Shown one piece after another: positions 27,850 to 40,854 of a DNA stretch of 64,000 bases. The notes below the pieces were generated by a model. The model made no database searches. It was not told where the DNA came from and saw only the letters and a program-made list of their open reading frames with translations. The stretch comes from Octopus vulgaris (Eukaryota): assembly GCA_951406725.2 (NCBI GenBank), contig OX597816.1:146010001-146074000 (forward strand). The letters run 5' to 3'. Positions within the stretch are counted from its first letter, which is position 1. Each line of letters opens with the position of its first letter. The position numbers and the translations under genes are program-made.

Positions 27850-28960
27850 AAGTGATGCTAGTAGAATTGAGATGAGTTTAGGCTTCTTGGAATCCCATCG
27901 TTACTATAATATGGCGAGGAAAAATGTCAGTGAATTATGAATCATGAAATATTTTAGTCCCCCAAGTGTAAATTATTTTAAACAAATGTAATAAAATTGG
28001 TATCAATTTTACTCTTCTAAAATAAATTATATCATGACTGTGAATACAAAGTGCGTTCTTCAGCAAAGTAAGCAGTGAGAATTATTATTTCTGTCTACGG
28101 AAAGCTTTAAGTATATATATAAGCCAAAGATTGTTTGATCCATTTCTCTCAGGGAATGCTATCTCGATCTGGACGGCAAAGATTTGTCACTTTTGTGTTT
28201 GCTTTATAATTTCCTCTTCTATGGCTTTAAAGGCACAGAAAAGGAAATTATAAAGCAAACACGGGAGAATTTAAAAAAAAAACAACAGGTCAAGTCAAGT
28301 CACACATCGGACAGAAAACACCTTCATGAATTAGGACAGTTTTCTAAATATGGTCAGTGTCTTCCTCATTACCTCACTATTATACATCTTAATCAAAGAG
28401 TCGCTCTCCGTTTGTCTTTGAAGAATAGACTTGCTACTGATTTTCTTACTCAGCAAAATCATCGCAAGTGATGGAAACTGGGTTCTCTATAAGCACATCG
28501 AATGAAAACGACAAAACATTAATGGTTAGTGTCCAACAATAAATGGTAATCTACAAGCCAGAACTACACCCTAAAAAAATGTTCTGTTTTTGGTAGGATA
28601 TGATGTATTCGTGTACCAGGAGTTGTTAAACTAAAACAAAACAGTTAATGCGGAGAAGTATTATTCGTCACTGCGAAATATTACACTAAAACTTTCAGAA
28701 CAAGCGCTGATAAGGGGTCACTCATAAAAGGGTATGCAAACTACATATTGCCTAAGATATTCACGAAAAAGTATGACAGTAAATATAGAAGTTACACCTT
28801 ACGCTTATTACTGTTCTGATATTGCTACATCTGCAAACCATCTTTTCATATAATTAAAACATTATTTAGAGAGAAAATAGCTTTTTAATTATGAAGAGTT
28901 TATAATGATATTGAATGATTCGTTCATTCGTAACTAGAAGAATTTTATCAATAATAAGAG
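27850..28960 (+). pseudogene. Mariner transposase remnant
   Basis: KYGQCLPHYLT (WVPHEL), KIIASDGNWVLY (IITGDEKW), KPELHPKK, YCSDIATSANHLF (YSPDLAPSDYHLF). Confidence 0.75.
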
Positions 28961-28971
28961 AAAGTATTACC

Positions 28972-29223
28972 TCAAATCCACTCACAAGGCTTTGGTCGGC
29001 CCGAGGCTATAGTAGAAGACACTTGCCCAATGTACCATGCAGTAGGACTGAACCTAGAAACATGTGGTTGGTAAGCAAGCTACTTACTACACATTTATTT
29101 ATTCTTTCTAAAAACTTTCGTTGCGTTGCAGCATTTTGGAAAGCCGGATACATAAACACACCTGCTTTTGTTGTCAGGAGATTTGGGGGCGGGGTGGGCA
29201 AACACAGACAGACAAAAATATAT

Positions 29224-29225
<2 letters not shown>
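28972..29225 (-). mobile_element. SINE B fragments
   Basis: caaatccactcacaaggctttggtcggcccgaggctatagtagaagacacttgccc is the reverse complement of the family B core. Confidence 0.8.
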
Positions 29226-29262
<37 letters not shown>

Positions 29263-29358
29263 CAGCAAAACAATTTAGATTCAAATGAATAAGGTACTTA
29301 ATTTAGATGCACCAGAATTTTTTATGGTATTACCCATAAAATTATGTGGGGTGATTAT

Positions 29359-29521
29359 AACCAAAAAATAAGCAACAAGAATGGATCCGGTAATTTAGTA
29401 CAATTGTTTCATACTATAACATATTATATTTGTTGTAATATTTGCAGCTTTAATAAATTGCTATAGTATGAAACAATTGTACTAAATTACCGGATCCATT
29501 ATTGTTGCTTATTTTTTGGTT
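29359..29521. repeat. Near-perfect foldback, ~60-bp arms with 1 mismatch
   Basis: 29359-29418 is the reverse complement of 29462-29521. Arms contain GAAAC-aatt-GTA. Confidence 0.9.
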
Positions 29522-32500
29522 TATATATATATGAATAGGAATAGAGTCATGAATTGCAATTAATTATTCGCACGAAGAAAGCATGGAATTGCCTATGTGA
29601 ATTATTACTTAAAAGCAATAATGCACACATTATCATGTATATTCGCCAAATGCATGATTTATGATACACAAACTAAGTTCAGCTTATTCTGTTATAATTA
29701 ATATTGGACCAGTTAAACGCCTACATCGAAGAATTGGAATCTGCAGCTCTATAGAACTTGTTTTTTTGTGCTTTCTGGAAGGATTAAATGGAAAAATTCT
29801 CGTGGAAGAATATGTCAAGAAACGAATGGGACATTCAAGCACAGAAAATCTGATAAGATTGATGAGTTTGTAACAACTGCTCCATTTAATTACGGAAGGA
29901 TTTAACTCATTACTAATTATTCGATCAAAATCTTTACTGCAAAATATTACAGTAATCTCTTTGGAATCATTCTCGACACAAGTTTAGCAGAATCTTCCTC
30001 CTCTTCCTCCACTTCCTCCTGCTATTACTTATCCAACCTCTTGTATAAGGGACAGGAAGGCACATGGTTACAGCCTCTCCCGTACCTTACTTTCTTCTTC
30101 TGATTTAACCTACTCATTTTCAATTTACTTCATGGCTAAAGCACTGCACTGAAAGGACAGTTGCATGTAACCACTTCATTCACTAATCTTCTATGTATAG
30201 ATAAGTTGGGGCCTGAAACTGTTAACTTACGCACCCCAGAGGATTCCATACCGAAGATAACATGTATGAAGTTAGGTCTGCTAACTCCGCGTATGCAAAA
30301 CCCTCTACACAACATCTCTTTTATACACGTCACACATTAATATTTAAGGAGAAATCCCAAATATATTTTGAATCATTCACACAAAAGATTTCTAGATCTT
30401 AATCTATGACATATTGTACTTACATTGACTTTCCTATTGGACATTACATTTTCTCAAAATCTCTCGTATGCATCCATCATACATGTTATGAGAAAATTAC
30501 TGAGGGACCAAGCACTCCATTATGCTGAACAATAATTTGATAACGAAGAGTGTTTCTACGGAATCTTACTCCCTGCTCCCATTTATTACAATCTGATGCG
30601 TATGTATGAACAAAACGTATCGATACCTGCTGACCAGGTTTGCTATCATATGCGAAACATATCTTCCTCCCTAAGAATATACTAATGGTAAAACTTCAGT
30701 AAATATTCGTTATTCCTAAGTACTGATGAACAATAGTATTTCGGGAACTGTCTGCGCAATTATGTTTCTTATACGACTATCATTAAAAGATCGTGCTCTA
30801 ATCTATTTCAGTTGGTTTACATTAATTAATTTTATCTTCACTGTTATCTTTGACGCATATATCCAACAATTTAGTATGACACAATGTATTTTCTGAGACG
30901 TGGCATTCAACAATGACTATCTTATAGGATGCAAATTTTATATGCATAAACACAAATTTATACAGATTTCAAAGAACTAATGATGCAATCTTAAATATCC
31001 GCGAAGTTCTTCAGCGTGATGCAATGCATTACGTTTCAACTTACGTGAAGGTAATTTCTCCTAGTTCATACTAACAAAATGCGATTGTGTGTTTTCTACG
31101 CTCTAATATAAAAATTATATTCCGTTTAGTATATTATTAGATGTTATATGTTTTAATCAAAATGGCTGTTAACTTGTGCATGATTTGAACATCGTGCTTC
31201 ATTGAAAGTATCACTTTAGAAAGATTTCACTTTGCCTGACGTAATTAAATTACACAAATATATCTTCATAGACATTAATGCGAAACCAACAACACTATGT
31301 GAGTATATGGTCTTGCAGAGAGAAGCAAAGACGCACAAAAATGTAAAAGGGTAAGTATTTGTGCATGCGTATGTGTTTGTGAATGTGCATACATATAAAA
31401 TATATGGAAATGAAAACTGCTGAATTACAGGATTATTAGTAGAGATATCATCATTGCACACTGCTGCCTTTGTCGAGAAGAATATTATTGTGGCGATCAC
31501 AATAACTACAAAGCTATTTTCTGTAAAACCAGTCTCCTATTTCAAATATTATATAGCTGCTGGGCTTACTCATTTTAAATCTATTTTCAGATTTCAAATA
31601 GCTTCTAAGCCGTTGAAGGCAATTTATTACTGTACCTTTTCAAAAACTGTCTTCCTATCTTTCTTTCTTTTTTCGTTCAGATATAAATTATAAATCCATT
31701 CTTCGGGTTTTAAGTAGCTACTAAGCTAGTTTATGTCAATTTAATACCATATCCTTTCAAATTCTTTCTCATAGTATTTTCATTTTATTCTTTAGATAGA
31801 AAATTTATTGTATGCCTGTATTATTTCATGTAGAATATTTTAATGTAAAGACGTTACACATTTTCTAAACATTCACCACCGGGATTATATTAGAAAAATT
31901 AATTATCATTCCGCACTATAGCATATGTCCAAAAGTAACTGCAATCGCATTGGCTTTATGTTATACGATGGTATTGAAATTATTGAAATTTAAATGACGG
32001 GCGAGCTCCATATGATTTATTTACTGGATTTATCTTTTCTTTCGTTTAAAATATGTGAAGTGCTCACCACCTTTATTTTTATCTGGAGATTTAAAATACT
32101 GTCTACTATCCTCCTTCTCTCTCTCTCCCCCTCTCTCTCTCATTCTTAAATAGTTCCTTACTTCGAACATCCGTGGCAGCAGAGGATTTCTGAATGCGAT
32201 TAATAAAGTGAAGAGTGATTTTTTTTTAACTGCATCAAAAAAGAACATATTGTGAGTGCACATATAATTCTGCATTAGAGTATCAATGATGAAGAAGCTG
32301 ACAAATACATGAAAATCAGAGGATCGTATACATTTATTTCTACCTGAAACTGCATTATTATATAATTTCAGATAAGAAAATGGTAATAATAACAATGAAA
32401 AATAGTTAAAATTCTATTGAAAATAGCAATTTAGAAACGTTGTGGTACAGAAAACATTAAGTTTGGAATGAAGTATTAAATGTAAGAGATACGAATTAAT

Positions 32501-32547
32501 CTAACTTTATTTGAATGCGGAAATCAATTTATATAATTCTCTTGTAT

Positions 32548-32965
32548 AAGGCAGCAAAGTGGCAGAACAAAATGCTTTGTGGTATTTCGTCCCCTTCATA
32601 TTTTGAGTTCAAATTCTGCCGACTTTCCATCTCATTCTTTCGGAGCTGATAAAGTAAGTACTAGTTGAAGAATGGAGTCACTGTAATTGACTTGCTTCTT
32701 TTCTGTAATTGCTGGTCTTGTTCCAAATTTAATACCCAATTTTTTTTCTCTATTACTAAAGGTAACGGTCTGAAAGAATCGTTTACTCGTTGACCAAAAA
32801 TTCTTAGCACCATTCAGTCCGTCTTTACATATTGAGTTCAAATTCAACCGCGGTCCACTTTGCTTTTTATCTTTTCGAAGACGATAAAATAAGTACTAGT
32901 TGAGGGCTGAGGTCGACATAATTGACTTCTCTACTTTCAAATATTGTTGATATTTTGCGAAAATT
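32548..32965 (+). mobile_element. Two tandem degenerate SINE A copies
   Basis: ttgagttcaaattc…gataaa(g/a)taagtactagttga occurs twice. Confidence 0.7.
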
Positions 32966-33227
32966 TAGTGTTTATTGCTGGCGATATATTGAGACAAGTT
33001 GCATCTTCATAGAGATGTCATATTTTGAATTATAACTACTGAAATTTATCTCGCCATACAAGTTATTTTGTCAACGATTATATCATATGTTGTCGTAACC
33101 AAGCAATATTAAAGACTAAATTCGAGATTCTTGGAAAATAACTTCGCTGAGAACGGTAAATGATATCAGTTGGGAAACAACTTCCTGTTGCATTTCAGTG
33201 GGGGAACGAAACAATTTCTTATGTTTT

Positions 33228-33510
33228 ACTTTAGACGGAAGCTAAAAGAAGCCCGTCGTATATATGTGTGTATATATATGTATGTGTGTCTATATGTTTG
33301 TGTGTCTGTGTTTGTCCCACCAACATCGCTTGACAACTGATGGTGGTGTGCTTAGGTCCCCGTAACTTAGCTGTTCGGCCAAAGACCGATAGAATAAGTA
33401 CTAGGCTTAGAAAAAATAAGTCCTGGCGTCGATTTGCTCAACTAAAGGCGGTGCTCTAGCATGACCGCAGTCAAATGACTGAAACAAGTAAAAGAGTAAA
33501 GAGTAAGTAA
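33228..33510 (+). mobile_element. SINE B, 3' two-thirds
   Basis: agacggaagctaaaagaagcccgtcg…ggcggtgctctagcatgaccgcagtcaaatgactgaaacaagtaaaagag. Confidence 0.85.
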
Positions 33511-33582
33511 ATGAGTGGTAACTGAACTGGTGAATGTGTTAAATAAGGCACTAAAAGAGAATGACTCTCCCCAGACACAACA

Positions 33583-33627
<45 letters not shown>

Positions 33628-34124
33628 GAGAGAGAGAGAGAGAGAGAGTGTGTGTGTGTGTGTGAGAGAGACAGACAGACAGACAGACAGAGACATACAG
33701 ACAGAGTCAGAGAGCGTCCACAGAGGGAGCACTGCAGATTTGGATTTTCGATGCGATTTGGAAAATGTGTCCGGTGATTGCAGGATATAATTCCTTTATT
33801 GCTTTGTTTCTTCAACTCAAATTGTTTTCATGAATCATGACATACATTACACCATGCATATTCATCTCGGTTATAACTTCCACAAGATGTCAAATTACGC
33901 TGTAGAGACTTTAGTGATTACTTCAAATTATCCTTATAATTAAGGAGACGTGTATTGCTTCATCGGGCTAACCCTCCATCTATTGACCATACCAACATTT
34001 TCGGAATATGGTCATCTATCTATCAATAAATCTCTTTCTCTCTCTCTTTCTGACAGCCTGTCTCTCTTTCTATTTCTCTGTCTAGCAGTCTGTCTGTCTA
34101 TCTTGCTCTATATTTCACTCGCTT

Positions 34125-34222
<98 letters not shown>

Positions 34223-34643
34223 CATATATACATATATATTTGTATATGTATATATATATATTGATAACAATTGTAGGACAAGAAACGAAAGAAAGAGACT
34301 TCAATATTATATAAATAGATGAATTTTTCCGATGGCCGGATAACTGAGGAGATGGCGGCGTCGATTTCCACCTCGGCATCCAAAACTCGGTTTTTTTTTT
34401 ATCATGGCTACCGAATAATTGTCACATATTACATTTACATATATATATATATATATAATCATAAATAAAGCTAAATACACTATGATAAAATTCCTTTTAA
34501 CATTGGATATACTTTTTTAACAACAAATGTTTCGCAGCCCTTTCTTTTGTATCGCATCATACATTTTATGTATCTGGTAGAATGATATATTAAGGAGACT
34601 TTTATGAGTATCACCGAATTAGCTGCACCCGTCAATTATTACT

Positions 34644-34687
<44 letters not shown>

Positions 34688-34689
34688 TA

Positions 34690-34718
34690 TATGTATATAC
34701 ATTATATAAAATTCGTTC

Positions 34719-34774
<56 letters not shown>

Positions 34775-35107
34775 CCTTCTCGTATCTGAGGCATCCTCCA
34801 ACCGATTGCGCTCAAATTTGATATGTAGATACCGACGGTATGAGAGCGTGTATAAATCTTGAAAAAATTACAAAAACCGATTCCAGGTGAGAATGCGATC
34901 GATAAGGCCGTGGGGTATCGTTTTTCTTTGGAATAGAAAAAATATCTATCTTTATTTCTTCTTTTGCTGGTGTCTCAAATTTAGGTCAAATCAGTGTTTC
35001 TCAAAGGGGAGGCCGCCAATGGGACGGTGCGACAAGTTTTTTTGAGAAAATTTCGTTTAAATGTTTGACAACTCAACACCGGCCATTGGACGGGGGGCGT
35101 TTTCCTC

Positions 35108-35110
<3 letters not shown>
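34690..35110 (+). mobile_element. Non-autonomous Helitron-like element between (TA)n tracts
   Basis: 5' tatataaaatt + (GT)n/(GA)n, core aaccgattgcgctcaaatttg, and a GC-rich 3' end (ccggccattggacgg…ctcgt). Confidence 0.5.
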
Positions 35111-35185
<75 letters not shown>

Positions 35186-35777
35186 CAGAGAGTGAGAGAG
35201 AAAGAAAGGGAGATGCATATATGTATATATACTAACTAGGATTCAGATATAGGTATATGTGTGTCTATATGAAAGTATATACTGATTCTCAAGAAATATT
35301 TCATCCAGGGCTAACTCGTTTCGTTCATGCCAAAACGATACGTAAATGAAATTTGTTTTATTGTCATCTGAGGAAATTATTACTTGATTTCGTAAACATA
35401 TATTTGTGGGTGATATTATATGTGTGCGTGTGAGTGTTGGTCTATGTATACAGACATGTATTCATACTCACATGCATATATACGCAATGAGGTACATAAC
35501 CACATAAATAAATAGATATATAGCGTAAGTTTTTATAATGTTGAGGTTTTAGATGGTGCTTGTGTAATTATGAACGAAAGTGTAGCTAACATTCATGCAA
35601 GTAATAATGGTCCTGTATCAAATGGAATAGATGACAACCCGGAACACATAGAGAGACGTTTTACTGATGAGCTCCATTATATTAAACAATATAGTGCCGT
35701 AACCATAACTGCAAGTGAATTCAATAAAACATAGTTCGATAAACATTTCCGTTGTTATGCAACACTTCAATGATCGC

Positions 35778-35809
<32 letters not shown>

Positions 35810-38800
35810 ATGAATATTTATATATATTTAATGGCCGGCATCATACCTCTCAGAAATCTATAGACAATAACTATATTACTGTGCTGATGTATAGAAACAT
35901 AATATTCAGAAATAGATATAAATATTATAAATTCGATGATCTATTTACAAACTTCATTTTCTCTACATAGCTCCGAATATTTTTCTTTGTATAAGAGACT
36001 AATTATATCACTGCTCTCTTTGTCGCCCTATACGTATGTCGTTCCTAGCCTATCCAGTTTACATTCATTCTATTGCAAGTAGAAAATCTTTTGCGATAGT
36101 TACTTGCTGAAAGCTTTTCTATATTCTTCCCAAACGGGCATTGCTAAACCTTAAGCGTTTGATGACTGAATACGATATAGCTATAGGGTGAACTGCAGGT
36201 GAATTAGCATAAACGTTTGCAATTTATTTCACATATTATTTCATAGAACTATTAGAATGCCTGTGGAATATACATAATAATTCTTTTATCTGTCAGTAAT
36301 ACTGACAGATAAAAAGATAATTATGAATGACAAAAAAAAAAAATTAGACGACAATAGCAAGATTTTTACTATTAGTTGATATATTTAAAATAATGGTAGA
36401 GATATGTTGTAATAGGAAACGATATATCTCATTAAGGTTTTAGAAAAACTGATAATAAAGCTGTACATTACAGTTGTGTTGTGTATCATATGAATGTTAA
36501 TATGCTAATTTACGGTTCTCTGCTATTGAACCTCTCATTTGCAGTTTTCTATTTGCATCATGTTTCGTTTTGCATATTTTCTAATAATGTTCCATTCGTT
36601 TATTCTTTCAGATATACATGAAGATGCAATCGTTTGAAGAATTAGAATCGTTCCTCTGCAAGCCTCCACTTCATTTTTTCAAAATATAACATTTAGTGTA
36701 GTGTGAGGTTAAGTAGTGTTAAATTTCAATGAGTATGAAGCATGTTTTTGACCACCGAAAATTTGTATGACAACGGAAATGACTTTTCAATATACTTTAT
36801 TCAATTCACAGAAATGTCTCACTACATGTTTTGCTCTTGTTAATCATCTACACCATTAATTTAAAATTACGAAGGCATACATTCTTGTAATAAGACAGAT
36901 TGAGTCGATTATATTAGCACAACATCAAGTTTTGTTATCTATTTAAGTTAGTGTCAAATTATTTCGACATATTCCATTACCCTAATTGCTAAAATGGAAG
37001 AGATTTCCACAACAGAGTCATGAAGTTTGAAACACTATTTAAAATTATAATAAAGCGTTCGAAATTTTAAAATAGGAGGTTTGATAAACGTCTTTATGTG
37101 TTACTTTTACAGCTGGTAGTTCATACTGCGGCGAAAATTTGATCTTCTTTTGAATTACATCGCTATCTTACATGCATTGAAAACGGAAAACATGACCATA
37201 ATTTCTGAAAATGACGTCAACCTGTTTGAAATGTACAAAGATTAATACAATTATTTTCGTAGTAGGCGCTGTGTATCTTAAGATCTGAGAGGTCATTTTG
37301 CTATCACAACTTACAGGTTCGATCTCACACCTCAGCATCTTCGGGTTATGTAACCTTCGATGATCAGTGTCGATCCATGCATCCGAATGGATTTTTACCT
37401 GTAATATAACGAGTAGCTACATCAGAGAGAGTGTCAGAGCCATTCCAGTTGATTATTACCTTAAGGCTACAGTTGCCTGCGGAGCATTCAGCAACTTACA
37501 CTTTAATGCCGTGTCAGTAAATCAATCGATCTATCAACTGTATCCTCATGGTCGAAAGACGAACATTCTTCCATATTTCGCTATGAAAGTTTCTATGAAA
37601 ACGAACCCATATTATGTTCTTGCATAAATACAAAAGATTTTCATATTCATTTCACAGAAGGGAAATGAATAGAAGCTACTATCTCATTTTCTGTCATGAG
37701 TGAACGCGCAATACTATTGACCTAAAATAGAATGTCACACCAGCGTACAATAACCGCGGTCGCCACAGTAGCACAATGAAATGCCTTTATAAAGCAGTTC
37801 TATGAATAATAGACAAAGCTACCATCTTGCTTAAAACACCGAGCGTTTTATTATAATTCAAACTTGTTTTTCAAAGTTTTCCAATCTGTGGTTGAAATCT
37901 CTTCAGTTTTAGCAGTCACTGTAATGGAATGTGTCGGAAAAATTTGACATTTAGTTGAATAGATAACAAAAAACAAAAAAAAAACAAAAAGCTAGGTAAA
38001 GAAACCAGAAGAAAATATCTCGCTTTTCTAATCTAATAGAATCAATGTATTATATTGAAAACCAGTATGCCTTTGTGATTTTAAATTAACTAGCAAATAC
38101 GTTTTGTTGTCTTCCGCATATGGGAAAAATAGATTACTTTCATAAGGAAATCTGAATATGGGTTTGCTATCAACACATTTCGCTTTAGTAAAAGAAACAA
38201 AAACAAAAACAAAACATTCAAGTACTGCATGAATATCATTTAAGTAAAATTGTGAAATGGTAAAGTGTTTTTAATTGGATGATATTCAGGCGTTTAAGAA
38301 TAATTTTCTTTTGGAATTGTTTTTCCTTTACTATCAAATTATCATATCCCTATAAAACCCGGGACCTATGGCATCTTCCAACATATACATCGATTCATAC
38401 ATGATATATATATATATATATATATACACACTTAAATACACACGCACGAACACACACACACAAACACGGACGCACACACACATATGTATATATGTATAAT
38501 TATACATATATATATACACACATATATATATTCGTACCTATATATATGTGTGTATGTGAGAGTATACTTAGATGAGGGTATATGTTAATGTAGATAGATA
38601 TATACATATGTGCATACACATATACATGCACGGATGCATACACCATAAACATGCAAGCATACATACATACATACATACATACGTACATACATACATACAC
38701 ACATGCATGCATGCTTGGATGCATATATACATTCATGTATGCACGCATGCGTACATACGAACGTACGTAAATGCATTTGTACATGCATACAAACCTGAAT

Positions 38801-39485
38801 CAAGTAGTAAAAGATTAAATTAGTTTGGACTATGTATGTGTATCATTTCTCGACTCTGTGTCCGAATCTAGATTTGAAAATAGTAGAAAGTGCATTGAAA
38901 ATTATTCAGATTGTGTTTAATAAATTTTATAAATATATTTTCATAATGAATGTTTAGTACGTAGTTAATAATACATATAATGCTTAAGCGAAGAATACAT
39001 TTAAGCAAAGTAAAAGTATTTTATTAGCCGATATATATAGCCATTTCTTAGTAGATATATAGTTATCATCATCTTAATTTAGACGTCCTAATGATTTATA
39101 TCAAACGGAAAATGTGTGTTTTTATCAAACAACTTAGTAGGTCTTGCAGATATATCAATAAATTTTATTCCCGACAATTTCTTTGAAATTCTTTTTGGAA
39201 AAGTATATTGTAATGATATCATATATTCCTAGGTCCACCATTTCATCAATCACAGCAGCTTCCAAGCTTCACCATTAATTCAGTTCTCAACTAAATTGCA
39301 AAGTGTTAATAGTTTTAAAGCGGACACCTTCTCAGCTTCACTTTGGCATAAATGGTTTGAGATTTGGTTCAATAGAAAACAATGTCACATCAAAATATAT
39401 CAGACCTCAGGTGGGCAGTAAGGCAGATATTCATCTTAATTAACATCAAGATGATGGTCCTACCAATAGTCAGCTCAACGAGCAG

Positions 39486-40854
39486 TTGCTGTTGCTCAAC
39501 CAAGAGATTGAGCACCTAAAGTCTGTTGTTGCTCTCTTACTGAATAAACAGTCTCCTGTTGACGCAGAGTCACCCTTGATTTCTTCCCTGGAGACGTCCA
39601 AACCGAAGGGAAAAAAATCGAAGCGGCCAAAGAAGGCGAAGGAACCGGCGGTCGTTTCTGCACATGATCGTTCCCGTGCGGATTCTTCCTCATCTGCCTT
39701 TTCGGTCCCGGAGGTTCCCCAACCTAATTTGAGGAGCGTAGACTCAAACCCACCTGAAGACCGTTGTTCTCCCCAAAAGAAGAAACGTCGTCAAAACTCC
39801 AGTGGGGCGGATTTAGCTATGAAACCTGACCACGATAAACGGTCTCCTGTTGACGCAGAGTCACCCTTGATTTCTTCCCTGGAGACGTCCAAACCGAAGG
39901 GAACGAAATCGAAGCGGCCAAAGAAGGCGAAGGAACCGGCGGTCGTTCCTGCACATGATCGTTCCTGTGCGGATTCTTCCTCATCTGCCTTTTCGGTCCC
40001 GGAGGTTCCCCAACCTAGTTTGAGGAGCGTAGACTCAAACCCACCTGAAGACCGTTCTTCTCCCCAAAAGAAGAAACGTAGTCAAAACTCCAGAGGGGCA
40101 GATTTGGCTATGAAACCTGATCACGATAAAATCTGTTTGGATTCTTCTTCACTTGTCCTTCCCATTAATGCCATTGCTCAACCAATTCTGAACGATCTCG
40201 ATGTGAGTTCATCTGGGGAGTGGTGCTCCCCCAAACCGAAGAAGAGGCAGTGCAGTTCCAAACCAGGCGGGAAAATTATGACCACTAAATCCATTCCGAT
40301 CGACCCCACAGGCCGACATAAGTCCGATGGCTATGAAACCACCCTTTCGAAATCCTCCAATGAAGAATCGAATACCGCAGCTCATAGTAGAGAACTTTTT
40401 GCCCACTCAAGATCGTCAATAATACATGGCAAAGCTGAATCCACCTGTGATACAGGCATAAACCGCCTAAAAGATGACATTAATTTTGTTTCCATTTTGG
40501 TTGGAGAATTGCTCTGTGAACGAAAATGTCAGTGTTCTTAAGGTCGCTCGGCTAGGAAGATTCCAAGCGAACCCAACCGCAGATACTAGACCACGCCCAA
40601 TAAGGGTAATCTTTTCTTCTGATCGGGAGGCTTCAGTCTTTCTGAACAGAGCTCAGACGCATGCCTGGGAGGACCCCAATATGGGTTTTCGCGTAGAATA
40701 CTCACTAAGAGAGAGAATTCGCCGGAGGAACCTGATATCCGAGCTAAAGATGAGGAAACAAATGGGAGAGAAGGGTTTACGAATCCAAGATGGAGAGATA
40801 ATCAAGTCCTACCTCTGGTCCCATGCTGTAGTGCTGACAGGGAAAGTGATGTGA
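39486..40854 (+). CDS. LINE ORF1, split by one frameshift near 40515-40525
   Basis: Coiled-coil-like LNQEIEHLKSVVALLL and SIIHGKAES…RLKDDINFV, then in the +1 frame VARLGRF…RPRPIRVIF…YSLRERIRRRNLISELKMR, the CR1/L2-group ORF1 C-terminal pattern. Confidence 0.75.
39551..40129 (+). repeat. In-frame 291-bp (97-codon) tandem duplication within ORF1
   Basis: gtctcctgttgacgcagag starts at 39551 and 39842; copies are nearly identical. Confidence 0.95.

Noticed and set aside
36284-36314. Short perfect palindromes (15-bp arms here; 10-bp arms at 57393-57416)
   Set aside because: Real but isolated, with no context. Not terminators in a eukaryote, and function cannot be supported.
39233-39410. AG…GT open segment upstream of the LINE
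   Set aside because: Weak donor and unrecognisable peptide. It could be the LINE 5' region or an older relic.
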